64,000 bases of DNA, taken from the NCBI RefSeq assembly GCF_001194135.2, contig NC_068990.1:33439633-33503632 (forward strand). The letters are read 5' to 3'. Below the pieces are notes generated by a model, which saw nothing but the letters and a program-made list of their open reading frames with translations, did not search any database and was not told the origin of the DNA. Shown here piece after piece: positions 36,338 to 50,300 of the stretch. A program made the position numbers and the translations under genes. Origin of the DNA: Octopus bimaculoides. Taxonomy: Eukaryota. Within the stretch, counting starts at the first letter, position 1. Every line of letters begins with the position of its first letter.

Positions 36338-39282
36338 NNNNNNNNNNNNNNNNNNNNNNNNNNNNNNNNNNNNNNNNNNNNNNNNNNNNNNNNNNNNNNN
36401 NNNNNNNNNNNNNNNNNNNNNNNNNNNNNNNNNNNNNNNNNNNNNNNNNNNNNNNNNNNNNNNNNNNNNNNNNNNNNNNNNNNNNNNNNNNNNNNNNNNN
36501 NNNNNNNNNNNNNNNNNNNNNNNNNNNNNNNNNNNNNNNNNNNNNNNNNNNNNNNNNNNNNNNNNNNNNNNNNNNNNNNNNNNNNNNNNNNNNNNNNNNN
36601 NNNNNNNNNNNNNNNNNNNNNNNNNNNNNNNNNNNNNNNNNNNNNNNNNNNNNNNNNNNNNNNNNNNNNNNNNNNNNNNNNNNNNNNNNNNNNNNNNNNN
36701 NNNNNNNNNNNNNNNNNNNNNNNNNNNNNNNNNNNNNNNNNNNNNNNNNNNNNNNNNNNNNNNNNNNNNNNNNNNNNNNNNNNNNNNNNNNNNNNNNNNN
36801 NNNNNNNNNNNNNNNNNNNNNNNNNNNNNNNNNNNNNNNNNNNNNNNNNNNNNNNNNNNNNNNNNNNNNNNNNNNNNNNNNNNNNNNNNNNNNNNNNNNN
36901 NNNNNNNNNNNNNNNNNNNNNNNNNNNNNNNNNNNNNNNNNNNNNNNNNNNNNNNNNNNNNNNNNNNNNNNNNNNNNNNNNNNNNNNNNNNNNNNNNNNN
37001 NNNNNNNNNNNNNNNNNNNNNNNNNNNNNNNNNNNNNNNNNNNNNNNNNNNNNNNNNNNNNNNNNNNNNNNNNNNNNNNNNNNNNNNNNNNNNNNNNNNN
37101 NNNNNNNNNNNNNNNNNNNNNNNNNNNNNNCATATATATATATATATACACATACACACATATACATACATATATATATATACACACACACACATATATA
37201 TATATACATATACATACATACACACATACACACACATACATACATACACACACATACATACATACATACATACACACACATACGTACATACATACATACA
37301 TACATACATACGTACATACATATGTATGGGACTAGGATCTGAAGAAATGCTGTAAAGCTAAGCATCTTATGGATGTGAAACCCAGGGTACATATATACAT
37401 ACATATTTGCATAAATATATACATTGATGCATGCACACACACACACACACACATATACACACATATACATACATATGTACCATAATAATGTTATGATTAA
37501 ATATAAAAAAATGCATTTCGATCTTTGTATATATGTTAGCAATGTACAGTATATTGTATTTAGTAGAAACATTGCATGAAGTTGATGATTTGTCATATAA
37601 GAGCTTTACATTGAAAAAGGGCTCTTCAGAGGTCCTTAATGGGTTCTTTATTAAAGAAGAAAGCCCAGTCTGAAATTCGAGTCTTGACATACCTATCATT
37701 TCCTTGCTTTATACCCTTGTGCAACGCACTTCATAATTCTCAGTTTATACAAATGGTTATTAGAGTGTTACATAACCCAGTATTAGATACATAAATACCC
37801 AATACCATGGAAAGAGAGATGGATTCAATAACATTGTCAAAATATTGTGACGTCATATCTCTTTTTCAGAAATATCACATCTGATATGCTGCAGATTATC
37901 AATTTGAGTGACACCTCTACTCAACATACCTAGAAGTTGTATATAAGAGTAAAACAAGTCAAATCATTGATGAACACATCCTGAAAGTTAGTAAGACCAG
38001 TTGCATCATTGGTGAACACATCCCAAAAATATATATGGCAGTAACAGTCACTCTGTCTATCCAATATTTAGTTCATTAGCATAAGTGTGGCTATTTTGTC
38101 CAGTGTAGGATTTGATCTCAGTAATACAGCATCACTTCAAGTTGACATTTATGCATTGCTCCTGCTATTTATCTTACAAATTCCACAGACAATTAAGTAA
38201 CCAATTGTAAAATGGTCACAGATATGGTACACTGCCAATACAACAGATGAAGTAATCTGACTAAAAGTTCAGCATTTCATTACCTAAACCAGCCAGAGAT
38301 CTTGACCTTAAAATGGTTGCAATTATTTGGAGGGGAATCAGTTTCGAAGTAAAATAACCTTTGGCATCTCATCAACAATGTTCTTAAAAGCTTAAATAAA
38401 ACTATGCTTGCTGCCTACCTACCTATCTACCCATTTGCACACTTACATACCTAACGTCATCAACATAGTTTTAATGTCCACAATTTCATACTTGCATTGG
38501 TCAGTCAGAACTCATTGAGGTAGGTTTTCCACAGTTTGATGCCATTTCTGTCACCAACGCTTACCTGTGTCCAAGCAGGAGTATATTTCCCCACCACCAG
38601 ATATATTTTTCATGAAAGACTGGAGACAAACATATGATAGTGATGCTCACTTATGACTTACAACCACCATGTGAACTTAAACACTCACATAAATATACAC
38701 AACATTATTCTTTCAGTTTCTGCCTACCAAATCTACTCAGAAGGCTTTGGTTGGCCCAGAACTGTAGTAGAAGACACATGCCCAAAATACCATGGGATGA
38801 GAAGCAAGCTGTTTAACCATACAGCCACTTATATATCCATATATGTGTGTAGAGGCGCAGTGGAATCACAGGAAGGTTAAGGGGGAAAGTAGTGTTTGTG
38901 TGTGGAAGATGTACAGGAGCCATAAAGTCTACAGATACATGGAAAATGGATTTTCTCAAATGCCCTTGAGGCTCTGTTGAGGTAGTATGTGATTTCTGTT
39001 ACATAGGTGACTGAATTAACAGTAAAAGAAGAGGTATGGCAAGTGGAATTGTTAGAATAAGAATTGGATGAAGACAATTGCTAGACAACTGATGCTGGCT
39101 GTCAAGCAATGGTGTGTTTACACCCCTGTAACCTAGCAGTTTGGCCAAATAGACCGATAGAATAATTACTAGGATTACAAAGAATAAGTCCTGAGGTCGA
39201 TTTGTTTGACTAAAGGCAGTACTCCAGCATGGCTGCAGTCAAATGACTGAAACAAGTAAAAGAATAAAAGAAAAGAATAAAA

Positions 39283-39331
<49 letters not shown>

Positions 39332-42300
39332 CATACATACATGTGAGTGTGTTTGTGAGTGAAATTTAAATGTCTAATGTGACAATTAGAATGAGGAAAA
39401 TCTGATCTCCCTTTCTCTGTTTACAATGCTCAGCAATAGTTTGCAGATATTCTATCTCTCAAGTTGGTACATTTGTACCAAAATCTGGTGCCTGACATGG
39501 AAATACAAACATAAGGTTTTAAACGGATTCACAAGAAGCCTTTCATTGTTTGTTGTAACAGAAAAAAAAAAACAGAAAAAAAAGCTTCAGTAACCAAGTT
39601 AATGATATTTTCCCCACGTATACAAGTCTGATAGCAACTTTTGTACATTATAGTATTTATATTGATACAGAATCACAATGCAGGAGATGATGATGATGAT
39701 GAATGATGATGATGATGAATGATGATGATGAATACTTCTCATCTGACCACAGATCTTTTCATGTGTCTTTGTATAGATATAGTACCTGTTGTGTTCTGTC
39801 TCCAATAAACTGACATAATTTTCATTGATGCCAACTCATTTAAATTTAGTGTAATTCTATAATGAGAAGCTGTCACACACCTGAGAAAAACTATTGAAAA
39901 TATAGTTGGATTGTGAACATTCATCTTTCTTTTAACATAGCCGTTCATTCTTCCGTGTTTCTGCTGGTTGTCATGTTATAATCATGTTATGGAAGAAATC
40001 TCAACTGTACACAAGTTCAGGAAACATTGGTGAATCCCTAAGTGATCCACAACGCCATTACCTGACTAATGATAATAATGGCTTTGATGTGCTTTCACAT
40101 TTCTATATCTGGACCTTCTTTCTGTGTGTGTGTATGTGTGTGTGTGTGTGTGTGTGGTGTGTGTGAGTGTGTGTGGATATTACAATGAAGGGGTCAGCTA
40201 GGAACCTATTCCATTTGTGATTTATTGGAGGTTAGCCGGTAACTGACATAAATTCTCGGCTAAATCTCTCTGAAAATAGAAATGTCACTTGTTATGTTCA
40301 GGTGATTTATTTTGGTTGAAATTCCTTATCATGTGTACCTTCTGAAGCAGCAGTAAAAGATAATGTAAGGGAGCAAACCAATAAGAAAAGTGTCAAAGAT
40401 AGCTGAAATAACATCTATTTATATTCCTCTATTTTCAAGGTAATAACAAACACAGTACTATCATATTCATTTGAATCCTTGATAAGATTTAATATATTCA
40501 CAGAAATAAAACTTTATCATCTTCTTAGAATTACAGACAAGGTTATCCTTATTGTTTATTCTAAGACTGCTTCTTAATACTCACAATAGATTCTGGAGTG
40601 ACTCTCTTGAAGATTTATCCTTATGGAAAAGAATCTATTGGAAGCATTTATTTTATGTATATCTTAATTATTAGGGTCAAGTGTGAATTTAATTACCCAC
40701 TGATTCATGACCCTTTATTGCTTAAAACCAATTTTACCTCCAAGCTACTTCCTGACATTCCAAACTCATTGTACTATGTATTACATACCACCTCACTCAC
40801 CGTTCTTCCTTGAATCATTTTCTTCGGAAAGTTCTTCATATGTACAGCCTCACCAATTAAGGTCAGCTCCTGTTGACACCCTATAATTTAGGGGTTTAGC
40901 AATGAATTAGGTCTGATTATGGCTATTTCCTTCGCTAATGGAATCATTACACTCAAGAGTTATTCTCCAGTTAAGTTTACTTCTATATTAAACAGACTCT
41001 ACAATTTCCCTCCATTCATCTTATTAATACCAAGATTCCTAATCACTTTATAAACATCTAACTTTCAGTATTACGCATTGAACATTACTAAACTCACAGA
41101 ATCTTCCTTGTCTTCTTTTATTTAAAGAGAGGACCAAAGGTCAATGGATATTACATATCTGAAACTGACTAATGATACTATGGAGTAGATATATAAACAG
41201 GGCAAATTTACCTATTTCTCCATCGGCTGAAAAATGATGAACTGCCTTAATTGAATTTCAAACCTTATTGAACTTGTCCTCCACAGCAAAAGTTCTAAGG
41301 CCGCATACCCTGGTGAAGAGGATTGACCTACAAGAGTCCTGTGCTGGTGCTACAGGAAAGCACATAAAAAGCAATCATGCTGGTGCCATGTACGTGTGCT
41401 TTTGCCAGTGCCATGTTAAAAGTACCCAACACACGCTGTAAGGTGGATGGTGTTAGGGAGGGCATCCAGCCGTAGAAACTTAGTCAGATCTGACTTGAGC
41501 TTGGTGCAACTCTCTGATTTGCCAGCTCTGGTTAAACCGTCCAACCCATGCCAGCATGGAAAATGGACATTAAAGGATGATGATGATGATGATAATGATG
41601 ATGATGATTGAGTTCTCTCAGAGGTGTCTATGTTAATTTTATCAATCCTAGACAAGTAAGTAACCAATCTGTTTATATGCTAAAAAACCTGGTCACTACA
41701 GAGAACTGGAGCTAGTACTTTGTTTACCATAAACGTTCAACATTTTACAAGTATCAGTGGCCTGTCAATGGGAATCTAGTCCACATGTTACCAAGGTATG
41801 AAATAACTTTTCTGGGCCTATATAGTAGAAATACAAACACAGTAAATCTAATTACTTCCCCGTGGAGTGAAAAAATATGACGAACAGCATCCGTCGATTT
41901 TCCAAACTTACTGGGTTCTTATCAGAGGTGTCTACATTGTATTTCCAGTCCCAGAGAAAGAAGCAGTCAATCTGCTTACACACTCAACAAATTCAGTTGG
42001 TACATAGTACTGGAGCTACAAACATGTGTACCATAAGTGTTTAGCATTTTATTTAATATGAGGGGCACGACTAAGGGGTTCTCAGACCATACGGTATCAA
42101 GGTATGAAATAGCATTCACCTACACATTTTTTATTTACCTTTTATTTGTTTAGTTCCTGTGTTATGAGGGGAAGGCATTGCTCATGGTATTCACAGACAG
42201 CCTGAGACCAGTGAGATTGATGCCATTAACCATCTGTTTAGAAGCAGCAGTCAAATCTCTCTTGAATCACACCTTACCATCATAAAAAAAGCAAGAAACT

Positions 42301-43153
42301 CATTGGTTAATGAATTAATAGGTTCATGTGAGGGATATGCATGTGTGTGTGTGTGTGTGTGTGTTGAAGGAGAGAAGGAGAGAGAAAGGGAGATAGAAAG
42401 GGAGAGAGAAAGGGAGACAGAGAGAGAGATACTGAAGGGTTAAAGAAGTAATGAGAGATGTAAAGAAAATGTGTAAGTAGGCCAGGAACTGAGTACTGAC
42501 AAGTTTTCCAAAGACCAGCTTTGAAAGAAAACATGAAAACAAACTAAGTGGTGTTCCTTCTTCTGTGGCCAAACTGAAGTATAATTTCAGTCATGAGAAA
42601 ATTTTTGAATTAACAACCGGTAAATAAGACATACGAGTCAAACTTTGCAAAGTACTTCTGATCACTTGGTATAAAACTAAATTTTCTAGTTCTGACAGAA
42701 GCATTGTGACTGAATGCTTAAGTTGATGGGCTCAAAGCTGTTTGTTGTGTCTCTAGGCAAAACACATTACTTCCTTTAGTTTATCTCTATAAACAACAAA
42801 CAACTACCAATGTTTTATCACGGTTGAATGAATGAAATTTGGAGAGGCATCTGGTTTTGAAATGCATCTACAAGCAATTGATGTAAATAACAGAATTTTC
42901 AGAACAATCAAAATCCTGAAAGCAAGGAAAATGGATATAAAAAGTCTGCTATAAAAACAAATAAGCATACTAAACAATAATAAATAAAGAAACGGCAGAA
43001 ATTTATCCAACTGATCTTGTTTTGTTCAACAGGTATCTAACAATAGAGAAACATTTCTATTTTATTGTTACAAACCACATTTAACACATTTATTTCTAAA
43101 TGAACAATATTGGGTGTGAACAGTGGGCCCACACAAAACAACTTCTCATATAA

Positions 43154-43203
<50 letters not shown>

Positions 43204-43423
43204 CAAGGGGGTGCTGAAAAGTTCCTGGTATTAAGGGTATTGTGAAAGGCCTGGTTGGAAGCCCAACCTTCCAAATTCTTTTACAGGGCTTAGAAAAATT
43301 GAAGGAATGCTGTAATACATGTGTGAATCTGAGAGGGGAATATGTTAAATAAAATCATAATTAACTGATACTCCTGTATTTTCTTTTACCCAACAAAATC
43401 AGGAACTTTTCAGCACCTCCTTA
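43204..43423 (+). mobile_element. mariner-derived MITE
   Basis: TA|CAAGGGGGTGCTGAAAAGTTCCTG ... CAGGAACTTTTCAGCACCTCCTTA|TA; internal LQGLEKLKECCNTCVNLRGEYVK* matches a mariner transposase C-terminus. Confidence 0.85.
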
Positions 43424-43641
43424 TATATCATCATCATCATCATTTAACGTCCACCTTCCATGCTGGCATAGGTGGGACGGTTTGACAGGAGCCGGCCAGG
43501 CAGAAGTCTGCACTAGACTTCTGTGACTGTTTTGGCAGGATTTTTACAACTGGATGCCTTTCCTAACACCAACCACTCATGTATGTATGTATGTATGTAT
43601 GTATATATGTGAATGTGTATGTGTGTCTGTGTGTATATATA

Positions 43642-44907
43642 CAGGGTGCATAAGGTATTTGAAAACATACATTTTTGGGGTCATTGCTGCATTTTTGCTA
43701 ACTCTGTATAATCTGTGTTTCAGAAAAAAATAATGGCAGACCCTCAGCTTACTCAAGCAAAAAAAGAGGCATACTGTTATTGTGATTATAAAGGCTGAGC
43801 ATAGTGATTTAGAAATATCTCGATTTTTAAAAGTTGCCAGATCTTTCATCTACAAAGTTTGTACAGAGCTAGAGACTGAAGATGGAAATGTATCACCAGT
43901 ATCAAAGCATAAAAAGCATTCTAAATGCTCTGAAATCATCAGAACACCTGAATTTATCCAGCAAGTTCAACAGACCATTGATTACAATAACAGAAAGTCC
44001 ATGAGGTCAATTGCAAAAGATCTCTATATGTCAGAAGGAACATCAGAAATGTTGTCCACAAAGACATCAGATATAAGTCTTATATGATGAGGGAATGTCA
44101 ATTTGTCAGAAAAAGCAAAAGAAAATCACTACATCAGATCTAAAAGGCTCTTAAACAAATTGAAAAATCCATTAGAAGAAGATTTGATTTGATTTTTCTC
44201 AAATGAGAAAAACTTCGACAAAGATCAAAAAGTTAACAGAAGAAATGACAGATGGTTATGTGCAAACCCTTCTGAAGTTCCAAGTGTTATGCATACAAAA
44301 TTTCCTGCAACTGTCATGGTTTTAGGGGTTGTGAGTAATGAAAGACATGTCATGCCTCCTTACTTCTTTGCACAAGGCCCTAGTCATAACTCTGCCACCT
44401 AGATTGAGGTCCTGGAAATAATTGTTAAGCTCTGGATAGACAGTGTATGCAATGGAAGGCCATATGTGCTTCAGTAAGACTCTGCACTATCACACATGGC
44501 TCTAGTAACACAGAAATGAATGGCTGAAAATTTTCATGATCACATAACCCCTAACATTTGGCCTCCTAATTCCCCAGTTCTCAATCCATTGGACTATTAC
44601 ATGTAGAGTGTTGTTGAGAGAAAGGTTAATGAACATGCTCATAACACCAAAGATTCTTTGAAAGCTGCCATAGTCAAAGTAATGTTCAAAATGAACCAGA
44701 ACCACTTGATTCAAGCATGTAGAGGATTTAGATCTCATATAGAAGCAGTTGTTGAAGCTGAAGGTGGCTTTATTAAATAACATTATAGAAAAGAAGGTTT
44801 ATTTTTATCCTCACAATATTTTTTTATAAATAAATTTATTATCTGTTATTATATAACTATTTTTTTTTATAAACATAAATCTATCCTCAAATATCTTATC
44901 CACCCTA
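43642..44907 (+). mobile_element. Near full-length Tc1/mariner DD37D (maT) element with dead transposase (43733-44780)
   Basis: 21-bp TIRs (18/21 match), TA on the left; FFSNEKNF (D>N), KFPATVMVLGVV, Q*DSALSH ... WPPNSPVLNPLDY with 37-residue spacing; several stops and frameshifts. Confidence 0.92.
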
Positions 44908-44920
44908 TGTGTGTATATAT

Positions 44921-45129
44921 GGTGGTGGTTGTCTACTCCTTACACAGAGTTTGACCACTTCGAGTACCTACACCTTAGCCCTTTCATGGCATCTGATGTG
45001 GCTTTTTAAACCAGACAATGTTTTGAAAAAACACCCACACAGATTGCACCTCTGATTGGTACTACCAATACCTGCAGGTAAATTCTGCTCATTGTGGATC
45101 CTAACATGTCTTTTAAGACCCCCATTGGA
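44921..45129 (-). mobile_element. 3' end of a LINE encoding C2H2 zinc fingers
   Basis: SNGGLKRHVRIH...CNLCGCFFKTLSGLKSHIRCHERAKV*; starts abruptly in (AT)n, with a short 3' UTR and simple-repeat tail. Confidence 0.6.
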
Positions 45130-45186
45130 TATATATATATAAATATATATATCAATGTACCCCCCCCCCCCACACACACACACATA

Positions 45187-45400
45187 CATGAGCGGGGCGG
45201 TTGAAAATTTCCTGTTTCTAAAGGTATCATGAAATGCTTGGTTAGAGGCTCAAACTTCTGAGTTCCTTTGTAGACTTTAGAAAAGGAGTGGTGCAATAAG
45301 TGTGTGAATCTGAGAGAGGAATATGATGGATAAAATCATAACTAACCGTTTCTCCAGTATTTTCTTTTACCCAAAGCCAGGAACTTTTCAGCACCACCTC

Positions 45401-45401
<1 letters not shown>
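45187..45401 (+). mobile_element. Second copy of the mariner-derived MITE
   Basis: Aligns to 43204-43423; right end ccaggaacttttcagcaccacctcg. Confidence 0.8.
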
Positions 45402-45432
<31 letters not shown>

Positions 45433-46827
45433 TATAAACACATACATATATGCATACACACACACATGCACACACCCACACAGAGTAAGCTGTGTAGTAG
45501 ATCTTATTTGTCAAATTTCACTACTTTTGCCAACTTCAATGATGCATGTTTCTCATAAACTATCACAATTCAAAGGAATGAAAGAGTCCATTATAAAGGT
45601 TTCTCTGTAAACAGTAGTTTTATGTTACAACTCTTCCTGTTATTTCTTCATCATACCTTATTCTTAAGAGAAGTGCTCTGCCAGAACAGTTTGCCTAAAG
45701 ACAACAGACAATAAAACTACATGTTTGCTAGTATGCTCTGCCAATGCTCATGTTATATTACCGATGTACATGAGTGAATATTTCATGTTAAAAAGTTTTA
45801 AATACTTGGCAGCTCACAGTCAACAGGCAAAACAAATATTTCGGTAACTTTGTTTTATTGTCAGGCCTCATGTAATGTCCTCCAGCAGGGACACTATCTT
45901 GTCTCTGTTCATTGATCGTGGCATGCTCATACAATATTTCTGTTAAGATTTAGTCACAGTAGTTTACTTCCTGAGTTCGAATCCTTTCAAAATCAATTGA
46001 ATAACACTGTGTAGTAGTGGTGACCATATACTCAAGCAGTTCCACACCTCTCTCATTCTCTCCAAATGAAACATTCTGGTGAGATTGGAAAGCATCATTG
46101 CTGACATTGGAATTGGTTACACAACTGTTACACATGTCAGTGTAACTATCATAGGTAACCAATACATATGTAATTTTGGTAGTTAGGAGAGGAGAAGGCT
46201 CGTCAAGCCAAGTGAAATCATAGTCATGACTAATGCCAGTGTTGAGTAACAGGCATCTGTGTTGGTGGCACATAGAAGTATTCTTCAAACCTTGGGCTTC
46301 ACAGAGGCAATGATGAGTGACCAGGACCCTTGGTGATATCCCCTGCTTGAGAAGACTCATCAGGGCAAGTGAAATCCTAATTGTGGTTGATGTCATGTAA
46401 CTTGGCACCCATGCTGGTGGCATGTAAAAGGCGCCCATTAAACTGTTGGAAGGATTGGCATTAGGAAGAGCATCCAGCCGTAGAAACCATGCTAAATCAG
46501 ATTGGAACCTGGTGCAGCCCTGCAGCTTACCAGTTTCATTCAACCCATCTAACCCATGCCAGAAAGAAAAGAAGAAGCTAAATGATGATGATGGTGATGA
46601 TGTAACAAATGTGATGTCAATATTACAAACTCAATTATGCTGGGCAAAATGCTTACTGGCATTTCATCCGTCTTTATGTTCTGAGTTCAAATTCTGCTGA
46701 GGCCGACTTTGACTTTCATCCTTTTTGGGGGTCTATAAATTAAGTACCAGTTGATTGCCGAGGCTGCTGTAATTGACTTGCCCTTTCCCTTGAAATTGCT
46801 GGCCTTACACCAAAATGTGAAATAATC

Positions 46828-47114
46828 TCTTTTACTCTTTTACTTGTTTCAGTCATTTGACTGTGGCCATGCTGGAGCACCGCCTTTAGTCGAGCAAATC
46901 GACCCCAGGACTTACTCTTTGTAAGCGTAGTACTTATTCTATCGGTCTTTTTTGCTGAAGCGTTAAGTTACAGCGGCGTATACACACCACCANNNNNNNN
47001 NNNNNNNNNNNNNNNNNNNNNNNNNNNNNNNNNNNNNNNNNNNNNNNNNNNNNNNNNNNNNNNNNNNNNNNNNNNNNNNNNNNNNNNNNNNNNNNNNNNN
47101 NNNNNNNNNNNNNN

Positions 47115-47151
<37 letters not shown>

Positions 47152-47333
47152 TACATATATACATATATACGACAGGCTTCTTTCAGCTTCCGTCTACCAA
47201 ATCCACTCACAAGGCTTTGGTTGGCCCGAGGCTAAAGTAGGAGACACTTGGCCAAGGTGCCACACAGTGGGAATGAACATGGAACCATGTGGCTGGTAAG
47301 TGAGTTACTTACCACACAGCCACTCCTTTGCCT
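46828..47333 (-). mobile_element. SINE family A (assembly gap in spacer)
   Basis: Both halves match the family consensus; nested within or next to family B copies. Confidence 0.85.
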
Positions 47334-50300
47334 ATATTACAAACCCATTTAAGGTGGTCAGCTGGCAGAACTGTTAACCCATCAGGCAAAATGCTTAGTG
47401 GCATTTTGTCTGGTTTTATATTGTAAGTTCAAATTCTGTCAAGGTCGACTTTGACTGTCCTCCTTTTAGGGTTGATAAAATAAGTACCAGTTGAGCACCG
47501 GGGTTGATGTAATCAACTTTCTCCGCCCACTGAAACTGACGACCTTGCACCAACATTTGGAATAAATATTACAGACTCAATGAACAAACGTGCCACCTAT
47601 ACTATAAACCTAGTTAATAAATGTGTCATCTAAGTTGTGGATACATTGTTATTACAAGGCCCAAAGATGTTTTTATTCATTTTTGTTCAAATCACATATG
47701 ATGTTGTTTTATAAGCTATGTCTATTATTACATCAGTCTCTGTAATAAATAAAATTGTGATTTGAAGGAGATTTAGCTGCTGAGTCTAAGTCATTGAATG
47801 ACCTTGTCTATTCCTATTAGCATAACTTTCTTTGAAGTAGCTATATTTGTATATACACTATCGTATATAACTGACATTTGCTCTACATCAGATTTTACAA
47901 AAATGTACCAATTGTAGGAACTGTTCAAATGGAGGAGGAGGAACAAAAAAGAAACATTAAGGATAAGGTTATCTCATAATTCATTTTTCTTCCAATGTTC
48001 AATTCCAAATTAACATTGGATTCTGTAGTTAGATGACAAAATATTTCTATTTCTGATATTGTAGGTGCTTCAGTAATAAAGTTACTTCAGCAGACAGCTA
48101 TTAACCTACTTCTATTCCATGTTTGACAGTCTTTTACTTTAGTCTACAAGCTGGACCACTTTTTCCACAATTTAAGAATCTATATCACAAAGAATATAAA
48201 TTCTGCAGTAATAAGTCAAATGTGTTTCAATATTCAGTAAGAAGCTTCAAATCCCATGATTCATAGTTGGTAGGAACCATAATCCCTTACTAGACAGAAT
48301 TACTTGCTTACAACTGTCACTCATTATTAGCAATGAGGAATATTCTATGTTCTATTGTGTTTACACTGCCCCTGTTTCAAAGTCTGTCCCACCTCGTGTC
48401 AAATAACATATTACAGGTCATTTTAATCAACACTTGAAAGTGTTGTTTTATGTTTCGCTGATTCTTACATGGAACTCACCTTGTGCTAGGATGATGTCTA
48501 AAATATTCATAACTACAACAACTGCAGCTTATGACATTCGTCATACAAAGATGAGACAAAGATGCTATAATAGAATTAGTTTCAATGCATAAACAATGTG
48601 GTCATGTCTTTCCATATCAATAATTCAGATAAGAGATAAAGCAATACAGAGATAAAAGAAGAAGAAGAAAAAGCAAATTAAAACAAGAAAACTGTCATGA
48701 AAACAATTCATATGAAGATATGTAGAATATGTCAATTATAATACTATTGATGATGGGTATTTTAAAACAACCAACAGAAGAATTCATGTCTATTGTTAAA
48801 GAGAGGAATATATTTAAATACTATTATCAACTCTAGAAACATTTTGCAAAAGTTTAGATAAGTTTATGCCACTCCTGGTGAGTATTTTTTTTTCACTCCT
48901 CATAACAAATTAACACACATTAATTTTATTTTTTTTATCTTCAAACTTTTATAACTTTATGCCACTTCTTTATCTTCATAGAAGCTTATAAATTTAAATT
49001 AGGTAACTTTGTGAGAGTATTTTATCAGGTCTCATATGAAATTTGTTCAAGGAAGTTTTAATTTACATATGATATTAGATTAGAAGGAGTTCAGTTTATA
49101 ATATTGAACTGCAACTTGTGGGAATTTACTATATTTTAGCATCGTTGCTGAAAGACAAATATCTTTTAAATTGAAAACAAATTCACATAGAAACAGAGAG
49201 GTCTTTAAGGAATTAGCAGCAATGAACTCAACAGTTGCACAAAAATAGGAAATTAGTATATGCTTGAATAAGACGAATCTACAACTTTATTGAGACCAAA
49301 GAATGATAGATAATTATTCAAATATATCAATAAAGTTAATAAATATTTCAATATTTACAATAATTAAATAGATAAGAATATAATAGCAAAGCAATTGTAT
49401 GCAAGTTTTGAGTTATGCTGCTATGCTTAAAAAATAAAACATTCAATTCTTTGTGTTACTGAACACAAGGCTATACTAAATGATTTACATCAAATCTGGA
49501 GTTTCATAATTCAGACAAAGAAATTGACAAACATTTTCTTTGCCTACTGCAATCTTTTTAGGGATTAGGTAAATAACCAAATTTATTTAAGACTGGACCT
49601 GAGTTTATCAATTAAATGCTACTGAACCTTCCCAAACTAGACACCAATATCTAAGCATGATCCAAGCTGAATATTATCTATGAAGATGAACAACCAATAT
49701 CGGTGTAAGAAAACTCCCCATGAACCAAGAGTCTACAAATACTTCCCATTTTGCTAGAATAAGGAGACTATGACTTAAAAAAATTCACAAGCAAGCATAA
49801 CAAATATGTATTCTCATCATCATCTGCCAAACAGATATCACTATGGTTTTGACACTTGGGCAGTAACATTCAATCTGATGGTGTCAACAGTATTAAAAAA
49901 ACATAAAAACACTGCCTGAAAATCAATAATAATCAACAAGAGCAAAACATTAGCATAGCATGTTCATTATGCCAACATTTGCTTATTACTACAAGCAAGA
50001 TCAAATTAAACAGTTAGTACTAACTTATAGCTACAAAACAGTTCCTATAAAACAAAAGGCCTTACTCCCAAAAAGGACATTGTCATCCTAAGATTATAAT
50101 ACAAAAGAAGAAGCATATTAAACATATACTTTTGTTTATAGAAATAATCTTGCCTTCTGACTTTAGCTAACTAAGCTGTTAGATAAGAGTTTTTCTTTTA
50201 ATTATTATCAGTAAAAAGTGGACTATAAAACGGTTCAAACCACAGATGTTTTGAACAACTAGGAATACTTCTGTGACAATATATTTACTAGATCAATGTA

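Noticed and set aside
45950-46543. 197-aa minus-strand ORF, the longest gap-free entry in the track
   Set aside because: Most of it reads through a family C SINE; the remainder has no recognisable domain.
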